Positions 36,401 to 49,000 of a stretch of DNA of 64,000 nt are shown in pieces. The DNA is from Pecten maximus (lineage: Eukaryota). Position numbers and translations under genes: made by a program. The stretch spans positions 16,120,001 to 16,184,000 of the forward strand of contig NC_047022.1 in assembly GCF_902652985.1 (NCBI RefSeq), in the 5' to 3' direction. Every line of letters begins with the position of its first letter. Within the stretch, counting starts at the first letter, position 1. The notes below the pieces were generated by a model. It worked only from the letters and a program-made list of their open reading frames with translations. It ran no database searches and was not told the DNA's origin.

Positions 36401-39400
36401 TGTTAGAAACAAATAATGTAAAGACGTTTGAAGCAAAGCTCATAGTCGTTATGTTAGATGAAGACTCAGAAGAGGAAACTGGTGACACTGTGCAAATGGC
36501 GAACGAGTTCATACCCTGATAAAATTGACGCATAGACGTGATATCAGTGAACGACTTCTCGTTGGTAGTGAAATAAGTAAAATAGAAAGGATATACTTGT
36601 GGATATATGCATTAACAAACGGAGAAGTTGGTAAAAATGAAACTCAGGAAATTCCGTTTCCATGTATACCTGGAGATGATCCACTAAGTCATCACGTGTG
36701 AAAACAATATTATTATCATACATGTTGACATTAGTATATCGAAGCAACTTGGGGCTTACGAGAAAAAAGTCGTGTGTGTGTTTACAAGATTTCGATACAC
36801 GATATTAGGATGACTTTTTATTTTTATAAATACAATATTCTGTAATAAAACTGATGATTACTGGAATAAAGCAACGCATCCAAAAGTATAACTAACAAAT
36901 CACCCTACCTCGTAACCATGGCAATGACTTGATGTATACATATACACCAGTGCGACCACGGCAGGTGAGAACTCGATAATACATGAGGAACGCATTGCGT
37001 ATAAAATATTTAAGATAAAATTCTCAAAATCAAGTTAATATGCTAGGCATGGTAGTTAAATTGATTAACTGATAATGTTAACTAAATGTTGTTTTTCTAA
37101 ATCATTTCTTCCATCCACATCATCATCGTCAATACCGGTGTAGATAGTTAATTTAATCAACTTTGTAATTTATATAACAATAAAAACAATTATATTTGTA
37201 TTTATGTATATATGTGGTTTTGTCCGCTATGACTTTTGTTATGTTTATGTCATTTATAGAGCAAATACTACAGCTTGTGTATTAAAAAGACATATTCCGA
37301 ATTCGTAAAAAAAATGAAGTATATCTAGAGTAAAGTCATATTACCCATTGCACACTATCATTAAATATTATGTTATTCCACAAACAATTTCATCATGGGG
37401 TCAAGTGGATACTGACATGTATATCTATCATGATGTCACATGACATTTGACCAATGAGACACTGACATGTTTAATATCTCTTGCATATCGGATATTTGAC
37501 ATAAGGGAATTCAAATAAAGCAATTACATGTTTAGACAAAAATACTTATCTCAGACAAATCGTAAACTGCTAAATCATCGTTGGATATTTACCTTAAAAT
37601 TAAATTATGATATTTACATTTCATATATCAAGCATAATCGGTATCATATACCTAACCTTAAAATTCAGTCTCAATGGTTAAGTGTTATCTGATTGTGTAC
37701 TTATTTACCAAAAGAAAAATAGATGCACTTATTGCTATAAATGTAGTATCACATTGGTGAAAAGCCAGTCTTAAGATATATCTCTGTGCATGTTAGCACT
37801 AGTTCAATGTAGAGACGAAGCACTGCACCTTTCATCTAGCATCACGTGATATACCTTTAAGTCAATCAAAGTTTGTTATCTGGACCTCTGATAACTCGAA
37901 GATTTTGCTTAACGAAATAAAACTTCAGTTCCGCCAGTAAAATTCTAGATAAAATAGATTCGGTTGCTCGAGATATCTCGAAGTTTTGATTGCCCCGCAG
38001 ACTTCGAGAGAAAAGGTTCGATGTATATAGAAGTAAAATGTAATTGATAATGCTTTGTTTTATACATTACTTAAACATATGTTCTATTCATCTCCATTCA
38101 ACATCACACAGAGGTTATTTATTCACATTGTTCACACTTTTGTCCATTGTATACTTTTATCTAATGTTAGTGTTGGAACGAAATAAAATAATGATGTATA
38201 TGTGTAGTTTGTTGTTTTGTTCTTCCTTACTTTATCAAAACGATACTCTTTCAAACATTGGACATTTCAATGTTAATTATACAGATAAACTCCCATCAGT
38301 TTTTGGATGAACACATTTAAGGAATATCGATAATATAAAATCATTTAATTTAGTTTCAGCCGCACTTGTATCATCAAAAAAGAAATGTATTAAAATCCTG
38401 CATATATATTTAAATATACATTTTCATTCCGTAAGCAGAGCACATTTTCATCTTTCAATTTAACGGGCGCGATCATAGTATTGACAATGTGATTAAAAGA
38501 ATTGGAATATCACAATGATATTAAATTTATTCAATCGATAACAATGATTAATTGTTTTTCAAAAAAGTCTATTCCAAAAACCAAGTAGAATTTTCATTGG
38601 GATATTATGATCATATCTGTAAGAACATCCGGGCAATAATAAAGAAGCTATTGTCCTTGTCCTTATTTACATATCAATAAAATAAAATACTTACAACACA
38701 ATGCCGATGTTAATGTAATATGTAAAATAGATTAAGGAACTGTTAATATATGAACAAGAATATGTTTTATTTCTGTGCCACAGTATATTAAAAAGAACTA
38801 GGTCAAATTTGACCTTAATTGAACCACGATACATCTTCCTAATGTTCCGGCTATGTAGTATATAGGTATAATAAGTGCGTGATGAATATGATCGTAAATC
38901 CTGTCAATATATATAGGAACCCTGTGATGGTAGAGAATACTTAGTAGCCAGGTCATATCCCATAAACCTCCAATATGCTCCAAAGGCATAAGCATGGTTA
39001 ACTTTGCTATGCTTTATTCTCATATGTATTAATCAACAATTTAAATGTTTGAATCTTTAAAATTATTATTTTTTGTTATAATTGTTATAATTTTTATTTA
39101 TCAGCTATCAAGATTCTATCTTTGGTGTAATTTAAGCCGTCACTACATAAAAACCTCATGTTCTATATTAGTATTATTCAAATATACCTTTCACACGCGA
39201 ACTACGCGAGAGGAATAAACAGTAGGTACATAGTTGGAAAGTTAGGATGATTGATGTTAAATTAAACTCATAGAGCAGGAAATTTCATAATTAGCTTCAA
39301 TATGATCGATATTGGCTGTTGCGGTTGTACTTTCGAAGGTGCTATAAAATATTGCCCAGTTTTTGAAGCAATTAGCATATTTTACTTGATTATAACAATT

Positions 39401-42400
39401 TATCAAAAGAGATATCATATTTTGAAATAAAAGATATACTGAAAAACAGACGCCATATTTTAGAATCAACCATTTGTTACGGATCTTTTTTTAAACATAA
39501 ATTATTGGATGAAGTTTAGGTGGCATTGAAAGACAATATATCAGCATTCCGTATCTACAGTGCGTTTTCAAGTAAGAAAAAGTTATACATGTATGTAAAT
39601 GAAATAAAGGGCAATTGTAAATTTCTTTCATGAACATGTGTTTATACATTAATAAAACAAGGTTATGAAAGAAAGAGGTGTTGGTATGGGTGTATTTAAA
39701 GGTTACAGAGGGGCAGTGTCCGTCTTTAGGGCACAGCACATACATTGAAATGCAGCCTACATGTTCAAATCTTCATCTTATCCTACCACCTACTTATGTA
39801 TCGTTCGTAATATTCACGGGAGAGAGGGGGTAATTTCGCGGTAATTTCGTTTTATAAGTGAGTGTTTAAATAACCAAGCATTTATCCCCAACTAATTAAT
39901 ATACGGTGAACAATAAATGTATAGTTATGTCTGTTTGCAGCTACAGTATGTTATCAATGAAGTTCTGTGTCAAATTAAATCCCGCAAAATAGCTGATACA
40001 GGGGCAACCACCTAATGTAAACTAATGCAAAATTAAACAGATATACAGTGTTTGAGGTCATTTAATCTGATAAGGTGACTATTTCGAATTTAGAACGCAT
40101 AGAATCTACGATATTTCCCCACAAAAATATCGTCTATTTTCTATTGATATAATAATTATATGATGCTTTAAGGTCTAATGAAATGCGATTTTTGAGCTTT
40201 AGAAATCGGTTAGTAATTATTGGGGGAAAACTATTCAATACATTTAATATTATAGTGAAAACAAAACAATCGAAAGTGTTTTAATTTATTTTTTTCACTT
40301 TTAAAGATGTTTTCTGGAAAACTGGAGGTAGCTTATTTTCCACGTAAATATTGTTGATCCTAGGGCGCAAATATTTCTATTGTCGGTAGAAACAGCAACA
40401 GGCAATTCCGAGCATCAACTGTCTTAGATATTACAGCGTAGAGTTGATGGCATACCGAGCAAAACAGATGTAACTGCCAAGAGAGAGAAACAACACAGTA
40501 GATAATATTACTAGGAACGACATATGAATGCTATAAAAGTCACGCAATTCTCTTGTTGTTAGAATATACCTGGTATACACTTTATATCATTAGTCCTATG
40601 AGGCCAAGATATCATGTATCTGTCCATTCCTTTATTACCTGTCATTTGTCACAGAGAGCCCTGGCTCATTTGAGCGTTTCGCTCGACCGATCGCTAGCCT
40701 GTGTCCACCTCTGGTTGGTCAATATAACACCTGATGAATGCCAAAATCATTTACTATATGATCGTTACTTCGGTGAAGAATGACGTTCATTTAGAAAAAA
40801 AAGAGCACTTGTGTTAAACATCTTTGGGAATACTTCGTTTAACTATTCAGGAAGGTAGAAAGAGTTTGCGTTGGCAATAGGTGAGTATTAAAACGGATGC
40901 GGTATTTCTTGAAGTATTCCTATTTCTATATAAGAATATATGTTGTCATGCAATGGCTATAACGAAAACAAAATGAATACCAAGATATTTACTTTTATTT
41001 TCTTCGAATGGTCAAACAAGAGGGTTTTTTAAATGACTAATGTAATGAATTATTATTCCAATATTTATCTGCAGTAATCCAGCAGGGAACAAGAGGTTGT
41101 TTTGGGTTTTTTTTAATGTTACAACTAAGCACTTTATCGCCCATTATATACTAAATTTATAATAACGGCTTTACAAGGAATTTGAAGCTGAGTGATTTAC
41201 TTTGGGGTTTTTTAAAGTATATTTACCAAAAACAAGAACATAGAAAATGCTTTCAAATATACAACACCAAACGTGTAAATGGGTGTAAGAGGTAGAGGCT
41301 ATATAGTGCTCTGTCTAGGGTAGGGACAATCTTTTGCTGCATTTGGCCGGGGTTATCCTGCTTTTTAACATGTCACGTTAGAGCCTATTAAGCTACTAAG
41401 AGCGGTTGCCGATCATGGCACTTCACTGAAGAGGCACCAAAGGAGACATACCAAACTAGTCCGTGTCTTGGTCGAACCTACTTGACAAACTGACAATCTT
41501 TATAATACAACTTCCTGAATATCGGGAGTGGGCGCGTCAATGTACACCATGTCGGCTCTCTGTTGGTAAAAACGAAAACGTGGTATCCTCGGATAACATA
41601 TCTATTAGACATCCTATCCTGCATTTTATCTTTATAAGAAGTGCAACCCTCGCAGATTTTAGAAAGTCAATTTATGGATTGTTGTCCGCTTACGTGGTTT
41701 TTAATTCTGCCTTCTTCACAAGGGTTTCCCCTTTCTCAAAAATTCTCGTCAAGGTTTATCCAAGGGATAATGATGTAAGTGTTTGATATACTGCGAACAT
41801 GTGCATTTTAGCGATAACCTTATTTCAGCGCCTAAATTATGATTGCGTTAATTACACCTTTGTATACACTGTATGTGAAAAAATGGCATTGGTGCGCAAA
41901 CTTAGCATTACGCTTATGTGTTAAAATTTGGCTTTGCGCTAAGATTTGTGTACGCCAAAATCAGTTCGTCCACAGTATACCTATTTTTATGTTACATATT
42001 TATCGCCATAAAAAAGCAAAGAACATACAATGTAATATCTTTATATACAATATTTAACTATATGATATGATAAACCATCACTTAACTTGAATATGATAAC
42101 ATAATTACAATACCGATTATTCATGTAAAGCAATACATATGCAGGAGTATTTACAGGAGGAATGATCTCAGAGAAACTCTAGGAAAGATAAACATAAGTT
42201 TTAGATATATGAACAATCTACTGATTATTTTCTATAACATTACGTCATATGAAAAAATACGGCCAAAATCAAACTTTTAACTGGGAAAGCGAAAATATTG
42301 CTTAAACTTTAGTTTTTGTTTTAAAACAGCATATTTCATTTTCATTTTTATTTATCAACTAGATACAACATATATTAATTAAGCTTTCTTTTATTTCATT

Positions 42401-42950
42401 TTATTTCCAGAAGCATTTACTTTTATTAAAGTTTTCCCATGTCGGTAATTCAAAATGATAAATCATACTCTTCTAACCGTGTAATCATTAAAATTCAGGA
42501 CCATGTGTCGCTATCAATCACATTGCATCAGTTCAGGAAATATCGAAAGGGGTCCGCTTTTGATGGAGGAGGAGAAGAGAAAATTCAATAAATTGTAATA
42601 AATTTTATGATGACGTATTTTGCAGGAAATAGTTAAAAATATAACATACAGTATATTTCCACTTGATTTAACGACCTAACGATTGAAGATGCTATATACA
42701 ATTGCATTTAGCGGACGTCAGTGCATACCACCAATCATAAAAGTTTTGGTTGTCATGTGACTCCATGACGACATTAAGTACCATATCATTCAATTGACTA
42801 TCAGAAAATTTCCATTGACAATAATATTTTTATTTATTTTTCTTCTTATTATTGATGTTAGAAATGCAAAAAAAAAGTAGTCGATAAAGGAATATGGTAA
42901 TTTATCAAAAGATCGTAAATAATGATTAAAAATACTTTGAAAAGGAAATA

Positions 42951-43296
42951 CGAGGGCTGATTGATAAGTTATGAGTCTCGTATTGAAGGAGGTACTCAAG
43001 GATGTCCTCTTAAAGTCCTACCAGGTAGGACTGGTATCATTTGGTTAGATCAGACTTTCATCAATTTCCAAAACTTCAGGCACCCATTATCGGTCCGATG
43101 ATGACGTCATGCATGCAGTGGATGACTTTCTGAACAGTCAAGAGAAGTGGATCTATAAAAGTGGCATTGAGGCCCTTAAACACTGTTGGCAAAAGTGTAT
43201 AGATACTGAACGGGATTATGTTGAAAAATAATACAATACGTCCGGCAAAATTCAAATCCTTCAATATGAGGCTCAAAACTTATCAACCAGTCCTCG
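42951..43296 (+). mobile_element. Internally deleted mariner element (346 bp) with TA target-site duplication
   Basis: TA|CGAGGGCTGATTGATAAGTTATGAGTCTC ... GAGGCTCAAAACTTATCAACCAGTCCTCG|TA (29-bp TIRs, 4 mismatches). Internal SDFHQFPKL / GTHYRSDDDVMHAVDDFLNSQ..YKSGIEAL..WQKCIDTERDYVEK* is a mariner transposase C-terminus. Confidence 0.92.
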
Positions 43297-45910
43297 TACA
43301 ATGCATGATACAATGCTGGCAGTACTGTAATTTGTAAATTCAATTATTAAATTAAAGATCATAGCAATCGATAATAAAATATACTTAACTGGTATCGCCA
43401 GTTCTGTTTTCCTCTGTTCAATACAAAACATATTTTAAATATTAGAAATTAAATAAAAAACATTTAAGTGTTCTGATTTATACGGTAATATTATGTAGGA
43501 TGTGATATTTAGATAACTCCGTTTAGCTTATGTTAGATATAGCATTTACATATATATGAAATATAACACATATATATGTAACACCTTGAGCATACACCTG
43601 CCTGGCTGTCATCATTAAATAAGACATCGAGTGTCGACATCCACGCGAAACACTGTCCTTACGGTCACGCATGTATGCCTTTATTACATACATATATATT
43701 CACATTCAGCGAATACACATTTTTTCATTGAAATGTCCCCACCAATAATTGATATGTATGAAGATGTGACAATTTTCTGACCATAACCTGTCAGGCCTCG
43801 CTTCCCCTATCATAATTCAATGTAGCATGTCCCATAGATATGCAATACATTTGATAACTAAACAGGATATATACCCTATAAGACCTCTGTCATATTATTT
43901 TATACAGAAATTTCACAATCACAAGGTATTAGAGTCTTGCGTATTTTACACGTTTGAACTAAGTATAATGGTTACATGACACTGTAACCCATGCTTATCA
44001 TGCAGTCAACTTTTTTCTTCAACATTTTATCTTTCGCTTAAGTTTTTCCATAACAGTCATCGATTGATCCTCACTTTTTTTAAATTTCTGTAATTGTAAT
44101 CAAAATCATTTTAAGATGGATGTTTTATTTTTGATATTATTAGATATGATGAGAACAGGATACACTTAATCATCGAACTCATATGCCGGTGAAAAAAAGA
44201 AAAAATAGGGCCAACGCAAGGACATGATTTTATAGTACCCTACATTGGGGGCATAGGATTTCTTTTTAGAATTGCAATCTAGTCTTTACCAAATTAAGAA
44301 GAATACATTTCAAGAAAATGTTTTCAAAGTTATCTTCATTATGATATATTTCCGCTATTATAACCTAGTATCTTATGCGTAATCATTGCACACCAATTTT
44401 AGAATTTTTTAAACCGTTATTGAAATATTAAATAATTCATTGAATATGCTGAAACTCAATCTTATACCCGTTCGTCCTATTTAATGACCCCTTATGTGGT
44501 TTCATTGTCGTTTTCTTATGTAGACTACCGATCTTCAATCCTTTTCAACTAATCTCGGCCAGTTTTCAAAACAGTAAATGCATGTTTTTACGATCAAGAT
44601 AAAACTTTATAGATTTGTATATATTAATAAAACTAACTTATACATATAAAAAATTGGAAGAATATTGTATTAAAAACATTTAAATTCTAAAGCCGATTTC
44701 AAGGAATCAATGTATTTTGAAATCGCAGTAATTTGAGGAATTGTTGTCCTTTTTGCCTTATTATTGAATGTGAATGTCTGAGAAGTTTATATTTCCCAGT
44801 TTTATGTGGTTACAGTGTGTGTTGATATCAATTCCTATTACTTGATTACAACGTCAATGTTCTGTGTGTACAATATACAGCTGTTAATACATAATTGCAT
44901 GGGCCTAAATTATCATATGAATAATAATATTGATATTTACATACATTCGTGCATGATTTACACTCACCGGTCATTAATAACAGGCAGCTGGCGTAAATGA
45001 TTGACAGGAGGCAGGGTTATGTGTGCACATCCCCCGATATTTGACATATTTTACTGCGAATCATTGGGTGCAGTTAGAAACACATATACACTTACAAAAA
45101 CAGTTGCCTGCAGTTTTCTTGTGCAATCCAATCTTTCTTCTTCACAAAGACGTTATTTTGTATTTCGTTTATGATGTATACAGTTATCTCTTGTTTGAGG
45201 ACTTACAAAAGATATACATGGTATTACTATCTTTAAAGACACATTGAAGATAGATACACAAGAGCCAAAATGAATTAAATGCAACATACAGCCGTTGTGT
45301 CGTTCTGGAAATCCACATTGAAGCTAATGGTCTACAGCGACCATCAAAAACTACAAAAACTTGAAAGAGGTCAAATTAAATAGCAAAATCTTGGTGGGGA
45401 GGTGTAAAGGTATTTAAAGATTTTTTTGGGTGAAGTTTAAATTTGTAATAGAAGCTTAAATCACGAAAACAACCGGAAACATTAATAAGGAGAACAGTCA
45501 TCAAGACATACATATATATGAAATTATATTCTTAAATGTCAAATCATTTTAAATATAAGCTGCCAGCAATCAAGGTAACACTCTGGTAACTGTATTTACA
45601 ACAAATGCCATGTTATATATAAGCTGTCTGTCAGAATAAAACCATTGTATTCATGTCATGATTTGCTGACATTAACACACCCAAAATTACCGTTGGACTT
45701 TTTTCTTTTTTTTTTTAGAAATTATATGCTTCCTCAATGCCCAATGTTTCTTCATAGACCTGCACAGTCCTGTACCAGTCGACAACAGGAAATTTAATGT
45801 GCCTGACATCAACATTGTTTTTGTCCATCAGATATCAGACTTATTTTTGTTCAAAATGTTTAAATATGATTTTTGTATAATAAATCATGTTTCAGGTTTT
45901 TGTATGAGGT

Positions 45911-46064
45911 ATGGCTAAGCTACAAACTTTGATGTTGGTCGTTTTCATTGCTGTTTGTTGTACACTGGCCAACTCACAAGTTCTGACATCTGTCCCGAGG
46001 AACGTGGCATCGACCACACGCATCAGGGGTCCACAGAATGTACAGGGAGCAGACAGAAAGAGAC
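45911..46064 (+). CDS. Gene B coding exon 1: signal peptide MAKLQTLMLVVFIAVCCTLANS plus basic segment ending DRKR
   Basis: Hydrophobic core and AGAC|GTAAGT donor. An upstream TTTCAG acceptor (45895) suggests a 5' UTR intron. Confidence 0.85.
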
Positions 46065-49000
46065 GTAAGTCTGCCTTAGACAGAGCACCTCAAAACTTAT
46101 CAACCAACTGGACATNNNNNNNNNNNNNNNNNNNNNNNNNNNNNNNNNNNNNNNNNNNNNNNNNNNNNNNNNNNNNNNNNNNNNNNNNNNNNNNNNNNNN
46201 NNNNNNNNNNNNNNNNNNNNNNNNNNNNNNNNNNNNNNNNNNNNNNNNNNNNNNNNNNNNNNNNNAGATGCAGATAGCGACAGACACACAGAGACAGATA
46301 GCGACAGACACACGGAGACAGATAGACAGAAAGGCAGAGACAGACAGCGACACAGACAGAGAGAAAGTAAAGAAAACGAAAACACGAAAAGAAAAAATGA
46401 AAGGGTAATTAGTAAGAGTTATATAACCAGATCAATGCTGGCATTTTTTATGTCAATAAAATCTTAAAGTCTTGAGATGAAAGCACAAATCATTGTTCTA
46501 TAAACCATATCAAATAACAGATTCAACACATTTCTTTACTTTTTATGGAAAAGTAAGGAAACTAAATTTGGCTTACGTACAGTAGTATTAATTGATTTAG
46601 TATATTCTTTGCAAATACGTCTTTTTTGAGAAAACGATTTTGTCAAATAATAAATATATTCTAATGGTCTATCCTTTTCTCCTAATATGTATGTTATTTG
46701 TTTTCTTTATTTTAGTCGGATGCGTTCTACAACCAGTTCCAAACTCAATAAATAAGTATCGAGTGCACTTGTTCTCCCTCGGAACATCTCTAGACTTCTA
46801 CTGTGCACAAGGAACTATATTTTACCCTGACAAATGTGCCTGTGATTGGCCAAAAGACAGGAACAGTAAGTGACTTGTACCGCTTTAACGATTTGGTTTG
46901 TGGTTGTTGAGGAACGACGCCTCTGTGTCACTTTCTGCTACACAGTGACCTGGAGAAGCGTCTTGTGGTAATGGTGAAGGGCGATTTATAGATAGATTAT
47001 GCATTATGAGTGAACGCCCAACCACTTCTTCTACATACCTTTTTAATAACTTATTCAAATATGCAGGTTTTTCATGTGACATAAATATACTGGTATGTTG
47101 TATTACTGTAATTATCATAAATGTATATTCCTTTCCAAGATTGATTTCAATGTTGTATTCGGCAGTGTTGAAGTATGATCACATTGCTAAACACGGATTC
47201 ATTTTTAGATGATCTTAAGTAAATAACAAATTGTCTGTTACTTGGAACGTGCTTTACTATAACGAGAGTGAGTTATATGATATTCTCCTTTAGCCTTAAT
47301 ACTGTTTTACTTCATTAAATGGCATACCTCTATCGCCTTTCACCTGGTTAATCTAACCTTATTTCCTAATCTCTAACTTTATGATGTCCTTTTTATTGTA
47401 ATTATATTCAGTAATTGGTCTGTTAATGGTGTAGATGTATGGGACATAATTTATCCCGTCATGTGTTAACATAGATGTTTTAACCATAATGTTATGTAGA
47501 ACATGTGGTTCTTTTGAAGTATCAAATCAGTTTATGAGGTCATTTTTGTGTAGGAAAGCATACAAGCGTGAGGACAGTGGTGACTGTGTATGAGATTGTA
47601 TGAACATATAGTTTGTAAAAACAAAGGTGAAGGATTGTTGGTATCTTATGTCACGAACTAATAAAATGGCTATATGTGACATTCGAATTTGCTGTGACAT
47701 AATCCAAGAGTTCAAACAATTCATTTACGTACCTTGAGCGGAACCATTAGATAGGAAGTTGGCGCGTTGTAAGTGTCTTGGTTATTTGATAGACATATAT
47801 ACCGTGGCAGGCTTTTACTTACATATTATCAACAGTTGTATATGATAGTTTTTTCGCATCATAGTTTCCGCTTGTAAGGGCAATCAGGTGTGAACGTCCA
47901 GTATCGTAATGTAAGCTGACAGTTTTACGTCCCAACACGCGATTGTTTTATTAATATATACACGCTGGTCAGTCGTATCACGCCTGACCGAATACAGACA
48001 AACAATGCGAGTCGCATACTTCGGGAAAACGCAGAGGGCTAACTTGCAGCGTGAATTGTGTACATACACAAACTATATATTGACATGTTCCTTTCCTATC
48101 CATCAAGATAATATTGATTTATAGTATGTTTGATTGTTTTATTATCATATCGATTGATAACTTATGTATATACATATAATATATGTGTGTGTTGTGTAAC
48201 ATCTGTGTACATTATTATATGAACATGACAGTCTTAATGATATACTAATATAATAAATATTATATATGATGAGAAAACGTATAATGACTGATTATCACAA
48301 GAATTACAACCATTGTTATTTGTATTCAAAACACTATTTTTTACGATTGTTTTATATTATAACAATCAGTTATTGCTTGTCATATTTCAAAAGCAAGCAA
48401 GATACTTTACATTGCTGGACAATACCAAGAACTAGTAACTCATAATTAAGATTTTTTTTTTTGGAAACAACTCAACCAGCATTTTTACCTGTTTTCTGTA
48501 GTTGTTAGGGTTTTTTTCATGGTCGGTTATTTTTACATTTTATCGGGAATCATGTGACACTATTTTAGCCAATCTCAAGGTATACAAAAATGATTTCATA
48601 AAATATATATATATATGATAAAAACCATATGATTACTGATTGTTATAAACATTTACAAATGACAGACAATTGAACAACAAATTTAAACAAAAATACAATA
48701 ATATGTATTGCTTATACTGAATAATTAATATAAAATTGCATCAAGCAGCTGTCGTATTAATACTTTGAATTTCAATATCCCCGTTATACTGTGTTCGAAT
48801 TCGTGTATTTCTGGAATAATGAGGTGAGTGTCGGATATCAGCCTGACGCCCAATCGGACTAACCACCAACCAAATCGTTACCCATTCGTTGACCTATATA
48901 TCTGACATATATGTGTCAGTTGATTTCAATAGATTTATAATAACTGTCTAAATACTTACTGACCTACCTATTTATACCAAATGATATATTTCTCATGTTC

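Noticed and set aside
46065-46408. ORF-track extension of gene B exon 1 across the N gap
   Set aside because: A consensus donor lies at 46065; the extension is Ns plus simple repeat.
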